From Halorussus marinus (GTDB taxonomy: Archaea; Halobacteriota; Halobacteria; Halobacteriales; Haladaptataceae): 64,000 nt of DNA. This document shows, piece after piece, positions 9,449-18,845 of the stretch. How positions within the stretch are numbered: the first letter of the stretch is position 1; the number at the start of each line of letters is the position of its first letter. The position numbers were made by a program, and so were the translations under genes. Under the pieces are notes generated by a model that saw only the letters and a program-made list of their open reading frames with translations, had not been told where the DNA came from and made no database searches. The stretch is from contig NZ_SBIV01000001.1 of NCBI RefSeq assembly GCF_004765795.1, forward strand, positions 496,001 through 560,000, read 5' to 3'.

Positions 9449-11613
9449 GAGTCGCTCCCGTTCGTCGTCCCGTACAGGCTCGTCTCGACGGTGATCCCCG
9501 AGGGCATCGCGTCCTCGACGTACGCCGCCTCGCCGCCGCACCGATCGGCGATCAGACACGCCTCGCGGTACGGCGACAGCGCGAGGACCTCGCCCCCGTC
9601 GCTCCGGACCGGCAGTTCGAGCCGATAGGAGAACCCGCCGCCGGTCGCGTCGCTCACGAACACCTGCAAGACCACCTCGTCCGCGCCGGCGACCGGGACC
9701 GTGCGCTCGTCGCCGACCGCCGAGACCGCGGGGCCGGCGAGGCCGGCCGACCCGTCGGTCACCCGGAGGTCGACCGAGAGGGTGGCCGGCGTGGCGTTCG
9801 TCGCGTAGTAGGCGGTTCCCTCGTCGGTCGAGAGCCGGGCCGACACCCGGTCGGCGCGAGGCGGCAGTCCGAACGAGGCCGCCACCCCGACCGCCTCGCC
9901 CCGGGCGGTCCGGACCTCGCGGAGCGTCGGCTCGACCGGATCGCCGTAAGTTGGACTCCACTGGCCGCGATAGGCGTAGCGGTAGTAGGTCCGGTTCGGG
10001 TGCGCGTCGGTGACCGCGAAACGCTCGGGCCCGTCGTCGATCGCGTACACCGTCTCGCCGTCGAAGCCGGGATCGTTGCGAAGGTGCTGGAAGGGATGGC
10101 CGAGCCAGTCGCCGTACGGCGTCGGGACGAACACGACCGCGTTCGACAGTTCGCGGTCCTCGAACGGCTGGTAGGCCCGCTCGTAGCGGTCGGTGACCTC
10201 GGCGTTCGCCGAGAGCGGGGGCGCGGCCGCCGCCCCCGCGGCGCCCGCGAGCACCAGCGCACCGGCGAGCCCGACGGCCGCGAGCGACGCCCGAGGCCGG
10301 GCGGTGCGCGCGGCCAGATCGCGGGCCCGACCGAACCCGAGGACGACCGCGTGGGCGCCGAACGCCGCGGTCGAGACGAGGAGGTCGAAGTGGTAGTACG
10401 GCCCGAGCATCGAGACGAGCCCGTCGTCGGGATCGGCGAGATCGCCGAGGATGTTGAAGTTCCCCCAGAAGTAGACGTTGCCCGCGATCACCGAGACGAA
10501 CAGGCCCGCGAGGACGGCCTGCAACTGGAGGTCGGTGAGCGCCGGCGATCGGTCGGGGTCGGTTCCGGCGTCTTGGCGAGTCGCCTCGGCGCGATCGCTC
10601 GCGAGACGGGCCCGGAGCGTCCCGGCGCGGTCGACCGCGCGCAGTCCGAAGGCGCCGAGCCCGACGGTCGCGAGCAGGCCGCCGAGGGGCGCGGCGACGA
10701 CCCACTCGCCGAACAGCGTCGCGACCACCTTCGCGTTGGCTTCGAGCGCTACCTCGGGAGTGTAGGTCAGCGCGTGCCCGAGGATCCGGCGGTCGCCGAA
10801 CCCGAGGCCGTCGCGGGGTGCGAACGCCTCGTAGGGAAACAGCCACGCCGAGCCGGTCACGACGGCGTTGTACGCGAGCGCCGTGCCGACCCCCGAGAGG
10901 CCGACGAGCGCGGTCGGCGCGAGCCGAGCGAGCGCCCTCCGCGCGAGCGCGCGGCCGTGGGCGAGCCCGGCGACCACCGAGTAGCAGGCGTGGGCGATAA
11001 ACGGCGTCGCGAACAGCACCGCGGTGTAGGGTCGCGCGAAGAACGCGACGCCGACTCCGAGGCCCGCCAGCGCGGCGTAGCCGTAGGTCCGGCGTTTCGC
11101 CCCGCTTGCGGCCGCTCGGGCGGCCCGCACGTACGCCACCGCGAACAGCAGGTTCCAGAACGTCGTGGGCGCGTACGGCAGAAAGACCGACGAGTCGACG
11201 AGAAAGAGCGGCGAAGCGAGGACGAACGCGCCAGCGAGCAGGCCGGTCGGGCGGTCGAACGCCGCGCTGGCGAGCAGGGTCGCCAACCCGACGATGCCCG
11301 CGGCGACCAGCGCCAGCGCGATCCGGTAGCCCCCGAGCAGTTCGCCGACCGCGAACATCGCGGCCGGCACCGGCGAGTACTTCGGGTAGAGCCGGCCGGC
11401 GTCTTCGACGAAAAACCACGGTCGGAACGCGTCGGAAACCGGCGGCCGCAAAAAGAGCTCGCCGTCCAGCAACATCGCGGCCTGCTGGAGGTAGACGCCC
11501 TCGTCGTGGTTGAGGGTGTGGTACGGAAACAGGTCGGTCGCGAGGACGAACACGACCAGCCCCGAGAGGGCCGCGAGGCCGGTCGAGAGGAGTCGGAACC
11601 GACGGCGGTTCAT
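9445..11613 (-). CDS. GT-C fold (PMT/ArnT-like) polytopic membrane glycosyltransferase with C-terminal extracellular domain
   Basis: NHDEGVY DE motif after the first TM, many TM helices, FFARPYTA. ATGA overlap with the ABC ATPase stop. Confidence 0.8.
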   Translation of the reverse strand: MNRRRFRLLSTGLAALSGLVVFVLATDLFPYHTLNHDEGVYLQQAAMLLDGELFLRPPVSDAFRPWFFVEDAGRLYPKYSPVPAAMFAVGELLGGYRIALALVAAGIVGLATLLASAAFDRPTGLLAGAFVLASPLFLVDSSVFLPYAPTTFWNLLFAVAYVRAARAAASGAKRRTYGYAALAGLGVGVAFFARPYTAVLFATPFIAHACYSVVAGLAHGRALARRALARLAPTALVGLSGVGTALAYNAVVTGSAWLFPYEAFAPRDGLGFGDRRILGHALTYTPEVALEANAKVVATLFGEWVVAAPLGGLLATVGLGAFGLRAVDRAGTLRARLASDRAEATRQDAGTDPDRSPALTDLQLQAVLAGLFVSVIAGNVYFWGNFNILGDLADPDDGLVSMLGPYYHFDLLVSTAAFGAHAVVLGFGRARDLAARTARPRASLAAVGLAGALVLAGAAGAAAAPPLSANAEVTDRYERAYQPFEDRELSNAVVFVPTPYGDWLGHPFQHLRNDPGFDGETVYAIDDGPERFAVTDAHPNRTYYRYAYRGQWSPTYGDPVEPTLREVRTARGEAVGVAASFGLPPRADRVSARLSTDEGTAYYATNATPATLSVDLRVTDGSAGLAGPAVSAVGDERTVPVAGADEVVLQVFVSDATGGGFSYRLELPVRSDGGEVLALSPYREACLIADRCGGEAAYVEDAMPSGITVETSLYGTTNGSDS

Positions 11614-12800
11614 CGGGTGCCGGGGCGCTCGGCGCGGCGCTCGGTCCCCTCGGGGGCCTCCTCGCGGGGCGGATACCACGCCAGCGTGTGGTCGGCGACG
11701 AGTTCGACGCCGACCGGCTTGCCGATGTCGAGTTCCGTGACGTGGTTGTGCTGGCAGTGGACCACGTCGCCGTTCCCGAGTTCGACGCGGTAGACGAACG
11801 ACGGGCCGGTGTACTGGCGGTGGATGATGTGGCCGTCGGCCTCGGACTCGCCGACGACGGTCGCTTCGAGGTCGTCGGGTCGGACCAGCACGTCGAGGTC
11901 CGTGCCGACGTACTCCTCCGAGAGGCCGTTGAGCCGCTGGGGTCGGAAGGTGCCGATCGGCGTCTCGATGGTATCGTCGTCGTACTTCCCCGAGAGGAAG
12001 CCGGCCTGCCCGAGGAACGACGCGACGAACCGCGACTCGGGGTGTTCGAAGACGCTCTCCGGGCGGCCGATCTGCTCGACCCGCCCGTCGTCCATCACCG
12101 CCACGCGGTCGGAGATCGAGAGCGCCTCCTCCTGGTCGTGGGTGACCGAGACCGCGGTCACGCCGGCCTCCTTGAGGATCGAGCGGACCTCCTCGCGCAT
12201 CTCGACGCGCAGGCGAACGTCAAGGTTCGAGAACGGCTCGTCGAGCAACAGGATGTCGGGCTCGGGCGCGAGCGAGCGCGCGAGCGCGACCCGCTGGCGC
12301 TGGCCGCCCGACAGCTCGTCGGGTGTGGCCTCGCGGTGGGCCGCCAGGTCCACGAGGTCGAGGAGTTCGGTGATCCGCCGGTCTTTCTCGTCGTCGGTCG
12401 CGTCGGTCAGCCCGAACGCGACGTTCTCGGCGACGGTCAGATGCGGGAACAGCGCGAAGTCCTGGAAGACCAACCCCACGTCGCGGCGCTCGGGCGGGAC
12501 GTGCGTCGACCCGTCGGCGACCGTCTCGCCCGCGAGCCGGACCGACCCCGCGTCGGGGCGTTCGAGCCCGGCCATCATCCGCAGGGTGGTGGTCTTCCCA
12601 CAGCCCGACGGACCCAGCAGGGTGAGCAGTTCGCCCTCGCGGACGGTCAGCGAGAGCGAGTCGACCGCCGTCTCCGGGCCGTACTCCTTGCGGACCCCGT
12701 CGAGCCGGAGCACCTCCTCGGCGGTGGGGCGGCCGGTCGCCGTCGGTCGGTCACCGTCGCTACGCGCCGTCTCGCCGTCGTTCGACAGTTCGCTATCCAT
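11610..12800 (-). CDS. ABC transporter ATP-binding protein (FbpC/SfuC-like, C-terminal TOBE)
   Basis: Walker A GPSGCGKT, LSGGQ, Walker B LLLDEP and the H-loop VTHD. Confidence 0.93.
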   Translation of the reverse strand: MDSELSNDGETARSDGDRPTATGRPTAEEVLRLDGVRKEYGPETAVDSLSLTVREGELLTLLGPSGCGKTTTLRMMAGLERPDAGSVRLAGETVADGSTHVPPERRDVGLVFQDFALFPHLTVAENVAFGLTDATDDEKDRRITELLDLVDLAAHREATPDELSGGQRQRVALARSLAPEPDILLLDEPFSNLDVRLRVEMREEVRSILKEAGVTAVSVTHDQEEALSISDRVAVMDDGRVEQIGRPESVFEHPESRFVASFLGQAGFLSGKYDDDTIETPIGTFRPQRLNGLSEEYVGTDLDVLVRPDDLEATVVGESEADGHIIHRQYTGPSFVYRVELGNGDVVHCQHNHVTELDIGKPVGVELVADHTLAWYPPREEAPEGTERRAERPGTR

Positions 12801-14445
12801 CTTTCTGACCCTCCTGTCGTACGAGACTGCCGTCCTGTTTGAGGAGGACGAGCATCGAGAGCCCCGAGACCGCGACCAGGACCAGCGCCGGCACGGCGGC
12901 CTGTCCGTAGTAGCCTGCGTCCTGCACGCGCCAGATGTAGGTGACCAGGGTTTCAAAACCTGTCGGACGAAGGAGGAGCGTCGCGGGCAGTTCCTTCATG
13001 CTCGTCAGGAACACCAGCGCCGCGCCCGCGACCACGCCCGGCGCGATCAGCGGCAGGGTGACCCGACGGAAGGTACGGCCCGGCGACTCGCCGAGGGTCC
13101 GTGCGGCCTCGGTGAGCTTCGCGTCGACCTGGAGCACCGACGATCTGGTGGTGCCGACCGCCTGCGGGAGGAATCGGACGACGTAGGCGAACACCAACAG
13201 CGGGACGATGCGGTACGGCGTCGGCCCGTACGACGACCCGAAGTAGACGAGCGAGATGCCGAGCACGATGCCCGGAGTGGCGTAGCCGACGTACGTCGCG
13301 CGGTCGAACAGCGAGGTGAGCGTCGACCGGTAGCGCGCGGCGAGGTAGGCGACCGGGACCGCGGCGAAGATCGAGACCGCGGCCGCGAGCGCAGAGACGT
13401 ACGTCGAGTTCCAGCCGTACGTCCACTCGAACGCGAAGCCGCCGCCGGTGTAGCCCGGGCCGCTCCGGACGAGCCACATGAACAGCACGCCAAGCGGCAC
13501 CGCGAGCGCGAGGGCCGCGACCGCGCTACACAGAAACAGCGCCGGGATCTTCCACGCGCCGAGCGACGTCCGGGTGGTCCGGTTGCCGCCGGCGTAGTTC
13601 TCGCCCGCGTCGCCGATCCGGGATTCGAGCGCGACGATCACCGCGGTCACCGCGAGGAGTTCGAGCGACAGCAGGGCGGCGGTGTCGCGACCGAACGTGT
13701 TGAACTCGACGTAGATGGCCTGCGTGAACACGCCGTAGTGCATGATCGACGGCGTCCCGAAGTCCGAGAGCGTGTACAGCGCGACCAGTAGCGCGCCCGC
13801 CGCGACTCCCGGCGCGATCTGCGGGAGGGTGATGTGGCGGAACGCCGACAGCCGCGAGTGGTTGAGGGTGCGGGCGGCCTCGATCAGCGTCCCGTCGAAC
13901 GACAGGAGCGCCGAGCGAGTCGTCAGAAACACGTAGGGGTAGACGAACAGCGTGAGTACGAGCGCCGTGCCCGCGAAGCCGTAGATCTGGGGGAGCGACT
14001 CGACGCCGAGCGGCGCCAGTACGTCGGCGAGCGCCCCGCGAGGCCCGAACGCCGACACGAACGCGAACGCGCCGATGTAGCTCGGGACGACGAGCGGCAA
14101 CGAGAGGACGACCGTCCAGAACCGCCGGAACGGCAGATCGGTCTCGACGGTCAGGACCGCCAGCGGGACGCCGAGCAGGACGCAAGCCACCGTGACCGTC
14201 GTCACGAGAGCGACGCTGTTGACGAGTATCTCGACCATCGAGGGCCGGGTGAGCGTCTCGATCGACGACTCGACGCCCACCTCGCCGGCCCGGAGCAGGA
14301 TCCAGAGGATCGGCGAGACCACCGCCACGGCGATGCCGGCGCTCAGCAGGGTGAGCCCGAACGGGAGCGAGTCGTCCTCGGCGGACTCGGCGAACCCCAT
14401 CCCGGTGCGTTTGGCGAGTCGTTCGAGCCGGTCGAGCACCGTCAT
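12793..14445 (-). CDS. ABC transporter permease (FbpB/SfuB-like, two TM domains)
   Basis: Two EAARTL motifs and LSDFGTP. Confidence 0.92.
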   Translation of the reverse strand: MTVLDRLERLAKRTGMGFAESAEDDSLPFGLTLLSAGIAVAVVSPILWILLRAGEVGVESSIETLTRPSMVEILVNSVALVTTVTVACVLLGVPLAVLTVETDLPFRRFWTVVLSLPLVVPSYIGAFAFVSAFGPRGALADVLAPLGVESLPQIYGFAGTALVLTLFVYPYVFLTTRSALLSFDGTLIEAARTLNHSRLSAFRHITLPQIAPGVAAGALLVALYTLSDFGTPSIMHYGVFTQAIYVEFNTFGRDTAALLSLELLAVTAVIVALESRIGDAGENYAGGNRTTRTSLGAWKIPALFLCSAVAALALAVPLGVLFMWLVRSGPGYTGGGFAFEWTYGWNSTYVSALAAAVSIFAAVPVAYLAARYRSTLTSLFDRATYVGYATPGIVLGISLVYFGSSYGPTPYRIVPLLVFAYVVRFLPQAVGTTRSSVLQVDAKLTEAARTLGESPGRTFRRVTLPLIAPGVVAGAALVFLTSMKELPATLLLRPTGFETLVTYIWRVQDAGYYGQAAVPALVLVAVSGLSMLVLLKQDGSLVRQEGQKDG

Positions 14446-14446
14446 C

Positions 14447-15607
14447 TCAGAGGACGCCGACGTCTCGCATCAGGCGCAGGGTCGGTTCGATGTTCGAGAG
14501 CTCGCCGAGGTCGAGTTCGGGCGGATTGAGCTCGTCGATCGACGGCAGACCGCCGACCGGCGGCACGCCCGGAATCATCGGGTACGAGTAGGCCGTGGTC
14601 GCGAAGAACTCCTGGGCCTCGACCGAGTGCAGGTGCGCGATGAAGTCGGCCGCGAGCTCCTGTTTGCCCGACCCCTTCATGATCTGGGCGCCGCTGACGT
14701 TGATGAGCGACGCCGCGTCGCCGCTCGTGAACGCGAGGTCGATCGGCGCGTCGGGACGGGCCGCCTTCACCCGGAGGACGTAGTAGTGGTTGGCGAACCC
14801 GGCCGCGATCTCGCCGTCGGCGATGGCGTTCGAGGTGAGGAACTCGTCGGGGTACTCGGTGACGTTCTGCTCGAGCATTCCCCGGAGCCACTGCTTGGTC
14901 TCGTCCTCGCCGTTGAGCTGGCGCATCGCGGTCACGAACGACTGGAACGCGCCGTAGGTGGGCGCCCAGCCCATCGAGCCGGCGAGCGCGTCGGTCTCGG
15001 GGAACTCCATCACGTCGTCGGGGATGTCGTCGGCCGAGAGCTCGTCGGTGTTGTACGGGATGCTACGGGCGCGACCGGCCACGCCGACCCACTGGTCGTT
15101 CGGGTGGAACGTGTCCGGGACCGGGTCGGTCACGCGCGAGGGCAACTCGGCGGTGATTCCCTGATCGGCGACGTACGCGAGCGACCCCGCGTCGACCGCC
15201 CAGAACACGTCGGCCGAGCTTGACCCGCCCTGGGACTCCTCGGCGATGGTGTTGGCGAGCTGGGAGGTGGGTGCGGACCTGACCTTCGGGTCGAAGTCCG
15301 GGTAGAGGGCGTCCAGTTGGTCGAGGAGGTCGACGTAGAGGCCGCCCTCTCCGCCGCCCAGATACACGTTCAGCGTCCCCGACAGGTCGGGCAGTTCCTC
15401 CATCCGAGTCCCCGAGAGGTCGGGGCGTTCTTCCACGAGCGGCCCCGATCCCTGAAACGACTCGACGTCCGCGCCCGCGTCCGGCTGGGTCGTGGCGGTG
15501 GTTTCGGTCTCCTGATCCGAACCGCCCGTACAGCCCGCGAGCGCGGTCGCGGCGGCCGCGCTCATCGCCAGAAATCGGCGTCTGTTAGAGGTTCCTCTGT
15601 CTGCCAT
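14447..15607 (-). CDS. ABC substrate-binding Tat lipoprotein, Fe3+ (FbpA-like)
   Basis: NRRRFL Tat motif, LAGC lipobox and the NHYY tandem-Tyr iron motif. Confidence 0.88.
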   Translation of the reverse strand: MADRGTSNRRRFLAMSAAAATALAGCTGGSDQETETTATTQPDAGADVESFQGSGPLVEERPDLSGTRMEELPDLSGTLNVYLGGGEGGLYVDLLDQLDALYPDFDPKVRSAPTSQLANTIAEESQGGSSSADVFWAVDAGSLAYVADQGITAELPSRVTDPVPDTFHPNDQWVGVAGRARSIPYNTDELSADDIPDDVMEFPETDALAGSMGWAPTYGAFQSFVTAMRQLNGEDETKQWLRGMLEQNVTEYPDEFLTSNAIADGEIAAGFANHYYVLRVKAARPDAPIDLAFTSGDAASLINVSGAQIMKGSGKQELAADFIAHLHSVEAQEFFATTAYSYPMIPGVPPVGGLPSIDELNPPELDLGELSNIEPTLRLMRDVGVL

Positions 15608-15613
15608 CTCTAG

Positions 15614-15632
15614 TTAGATTAGGCCAGCCTAA
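15614..15632. promoter_or_regulatory. DtxR/IdeR/TroR-type metal (iron) operator
   Basis: TTAGATTAGGCCAGCCTAA with core palindrome TTAGG-CCAG-CCTAA, between the TATA-like box and the start of the binding-protein gene. Confidence 0.75.
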
Positions 15633-15659
15633 AACCCTTATACCTACTGGTTTCTTTCC

Positions 15660-16823
15660 TCAGTCGTCCGCGGGCACGCGGGGGGTCTGGAGGGGTTCGA
15701 GTTCGTCGAGGGTCGCCAGCCAGTCGAGCATGTATTCGCCGACGTAGTTGAAGAAGGCGCCGTTGTTGTACGCCTCGAAGTCGCCCGTCGCGAGCGCGGT
15801 CGCCATCGCCTCGAAGACTCCGGCGTAAGTGTCTCGATCGGCGCCGACGTCGTCGACGACCGCCCAGAGGTGTTCGTTGAGTTCGAGGCCCGGCACCTCG
15901 TTGGTGAGATCGTCGAACGTACTCCGGGCGGCCTTGTTGTGCTCGCAGAGCGGGCCGCCGTTGTAGATGCGCTTGCCGAGCACGTCGCAGGCGCGCTTGA
16001 GGAACACTCCCGACCAGATGTCGTCGAACCGGCCGACCTCCCACCGGTTGTCGTCCATCGGGAGCTGGTAGAACGCGGGCACGACCTCCCGGCGGAACGC
16101 GAGGTTCATCGAGCAGACGGTGAGGTAGTTGCCCCGCGCGGCCACGAAGTCGCCGTCGTAGTCGTCGGCGGTGGTCCGGGTCCGAGCCTGCCCTTGGAGG
16201 TCGCCGTCCATCAGAATCCGGACCGCGTCGAGGTCGGGGACGTTGGTCCACAGCCCCTGGGAGGCCACCACGTCCGAGATCTCGGTCGCGTCGGTCGCGA
16301 CGGTCTCGTCCATCGCCGAGTAGGGGTACCCCCGGGGGTAGAGGCCGTGGTCGTCGTGGTTCTGGTACAGGACGTTGACCCAGTTCTCGTCGGAGGAGAC
16401 CGTCTCGATCTCGCCCTCGTACGCGAGGTTCCGGAGGTGGCGCCCGAAGAAGTCGGCGTCGTCGTGGGGCAGAGTGTCGTCGTCGATGAAAAAGCCGTAC
16501 TCGAAGTCGTTGGCCCACAGGTAGAGCAGGCCGAAACTCGTCTCGGCGTGGCTGGCGGCCGGCACGACGTGGTCGTACTCGGCGATCCCCTTCGCCTCGT
16601 ACCACGCCTCGCGGCGCGCGCCGTCGAACACCTCGCCCGAGACGCCCTCTTCGTCGAGCATCGCCCGCATGGCGTCGGTCTCACAGAAGTCTTCGGTCAC
16701 GAGCACGACGTGGAGCCGATCGAGGTCGAAGCCGTGCTCGCGGGCGTTCTCGAAGTACGCCCGCATGCACTCGTACTCGCGGATCGTCGGCACGATCACG
16801 CAGATATCTGGACTCGCGGTCAT
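15660..16823 (-). CDS. Reversibly glycosylated polypeptide / UDP-arabinopyranose mutase homologue (GT75)
   Basis: FIDDD, PRGYPY, SQGLWTNVPDLDA, CSMNLAFRRE and GRFDDIWSG, which resemble plant RGP motifs. Confidence 0.85.
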   Translation of the reverse strand: MTASPDICVIVPTIREYECMRAYFENAREHGFDLDRLHVVLVTEDFCETDAMRAMLDEEGVSGEVFDGARREAWYEAKGIAEYDHVVPAASHAETSFGLLYLWANDFEYGFFIDDDTLPHDDADFFGRHLRNLAYEGEIETVSSDENWVNVLYQNHDDHGLYPRGYPYSAMDETVATDATEISDVVASQGLWTNVPDLDAVRILMDGDLQGQARTRTTADDYDGDFVAARGNYLTVCSMNLAFRREVVPAFYQLPMDDNRWEVGRFDDIWSGVFLKRACDVLGKRIYNGGPLCEHNKAARSTFDDLTNEVPGLELNEHLWAVVDDVGADRDTYAGVFEAMATALATGDFEAYNNGAFFNYVGEYMLDWLATLDELEPLQTPRVPADD

Positions 16824-16841
16824 TCGATACTCCCTAGTGGT

Positions 16842-16855
16842 TTAGGGTGGCCTAA
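16842..16855. promoter_or_regulatory. Second DtxR-type operator
   Basis: TTAGG-GTGG-CCTAA, 19-32 nt upstream of the GT75 gene start. Confidence 0.7.
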
Positions 16856-16936
16856 AAAGATATCCATTCGCGCCGGCGCGACGCCCGGTCACCGCCACCC
16901 GGAGTTAAGGGCCGTCCCGTCGATACGTCGGGTAAG

Positions 16937-17119
16937 ATGGACCGAGACAAACTGGAGTTTTGGGGCGGTGCCGCGCTCTTGGTGCTCGCGGGCGTGACCC
17001 TGTTCGCGCCGCTGATCCTCGCCGCCCGGTACACGCTGGTCCTGCTCGTCGTCGGCGTGCTCGGACTGGCGGCGGGCGCGGTGCTCGTCGGCCTCTCTCG
17101 ACGCGGGCGCGCGGTGTGA
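16937..17119 (+). CDS. Small two-TM membrane protein
   Basis: 60 aa with two hydrophobic stretches. TTAA box ~30 nt upstream. Confidence 0.7.
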   Translation: MDRDKLEFWGGAALLVLAGVTLFAPLILAARYTLVLLVVGVLGLAAGAVLVGLSRRGRAV

Positions 17120-17163
17120 CCGCCGGGGGAAGTTTCAAGTAGCGTATCGTTGGTTTTAGGCGT

Positions 17164-18801
17164 ATGTCAGTCGACTACGAGCGCGAACTGGCCGACTTCG
17201 AGTGGACGATCCCCGACGACTACACCCTCCCCGCGGTCGTGGCCGACCACGCCGAGGCGTTCGGCGACCGGCTGGCGGTGCGGTACCGCGACGAGGACGG
17301 CGGGGAGGCCGAGCGCACGTTCGGGGAGATCGACGCCGACGCGTCGCGGTTCGGGGCCGCGCTCGCCGACCTCGGGGTCGGGAAGGGCGATCGGGTGATG
17401 CACCTGTTTCCGCGCCACCCCGACGCGTTCGCGATTCAGGTCGGCGCGCTCGCGCGCGGCGCGTTGCTGGTGCCGTGTTCGGCCATGCTCAAGCCGAAAG
17501 ACATCGCGTTCCGGGCCAACGACTGCGGGGCCGAGACCGTCGTCGTCCACGAGAGCCTCACCGAGATGGTCGACCCGGTGCTCGACGAGACGCCCGTCGA
17601 GCGGGTGATCGTCCTCGACGCCGACGGCGAGCCCGACCGAGAGGACGCTTACGCGTTCTCGGCGCTGATCGAGGGCCAGTCGGCCGACCACGACGGCCCC
17701 CGACTGGGCGCCGACGACCCCATGTCGATCAACTACACCAGCGGCACCACCGGCCAGCCGAAGCCGGTGCTCCACCGCCACCGGTGGATTCGGTGCTTCG
17801 AGCGGATCAACGGCCGGTACTGGTGGGGCGTCGACCGCGACACCGACTTCGACGACGAACTGCTGTGGGCGACCACCGGCACCGGGTGGGCGAAGTGGTT
17901 CTGGAGCCCGGTCGGGGTGGCGCTCGCGACCGGCGCGCCCCAGTTCGTCTACGAGGGCGAGTTCGACGCCGCCACCTACCTCGACCTGCTGGAGTCAGAA
18001 GAGGTCACTCGGCTCTGTGCGGTGCCGACCCAGTACCGGATGTTCACCCAGCGCGAGGACCTCGGGGAGTACGACCTCGCGTTGACCGAGGCGGTGTCGG
18101 CGGGCGAGCCGCTGAACCGCGAGCCGATCCAATCGTTCGAGGCGGCGTTCGGGGTCACCCCGCGGGACGGCTACGGCCAGACCGAGACGGTCGCGCTGGT
18201 CACCAACTACCCCGGCATCGACGTCAAGCCCGGGAGTATGGGCAAGCCGACTCCGGGCGTGGGCGCGACGCTCATCGACACCCAAGACGAGGCGGAGGTC
18301 GGGCCGGGCGAGACCGGCGAGATCGCGGTGCCGGTCGACAGCCCCGCCATCTTCGACGGCTACTACGAGAAGCCGGACCTCGACGCCAAGACGTTCCACG
18401 GCGACTACTACCGGACCGGCGACCTCGCGCGCCGCGACGAGGACGGCTACTTCTTCTTCGAGGGCCGAGCCGACGACATCATCATCTCGTCGGGCTACCG
18501 GATCGGCCCCTTCGAGGTCGAGGACGCGCTCGTGGGCCACGAGGCGGTCGCGGAGGCCGCCGCGGTCGCCAGCCCCCACGACGAGCGGGGCAACGTCGTC
18601 AAGACCTACGTCGTCCTCGCGGACGGCTACGACGGCGGCGAGGAGCTGACCGACGAGCTCCAGGGCTACATGAAAGCCGAGACGGCGCCGTACAAGTACC
18701 CGCGCCGGATCGAGTACGTCGAGGAACTCCCTAAGACGTCGAGCGGGAAGATCCGTCGGGTGGAACTCCGCGAGCGCGAGCGCGCGAAGTTCGGGGAGTA
18801 G
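17164..18801 (+). CDS. AMP-forming acyl-CoA synthetase
   Basis: YTSGTTGQPK, YGQTET, YRTGD, GRADD and LPKTSSGKI. Confidence 0.93.
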   Translation: MSVDYERELADFEWTIPDDYTLPAVVADHAEAFGDRLAVRYRDEDGGEAERTFGEIDADASRFGAALADLGVGKGDRVMHLFPRHPDAFAIQVGALARGALLVPCSAMLKPKDIAFRANDCGAETVVVHESLTEMVDPVLDETPVERVIVLDADGEPDREDAYAFSALIEGQSADHDGPRLGADDPMSINYTSGTTGQPKPVLHRHRWIRCFERINGRYWWGVDRDTDFDDELLWATTGTGWAKWFWSPVGVALATGAPQFVYEGEFDAATYLDLLESEEVTRLCAVPTQYRMFTQREDLGEYDLALTEAVSAGEPLNREPIQSFEAAFGVTPRDGYGQTETVALVTNYPGIDVKPGSMGKPTPGVGATLIDTQDEAEVGPGETGEIAVPVDSPAIFDGYYEKPDLDAKTFHGDYYRTGDLARRDEDGYFFFEGRADDIIISSGYRIGPFEVEDALVGHEAVAEAAAVASPHDERGNVVKTYVVLADGYDGGEELTDELQGYMKAETAPYKYPRRIEYVEELPKTSSGKIRRVELRERERAKFGE

Positions 18802-18845
18802 CGCCGGCGGGAGTTTCTTCGCGGTGGGCTCCGAACCCGACGGCT

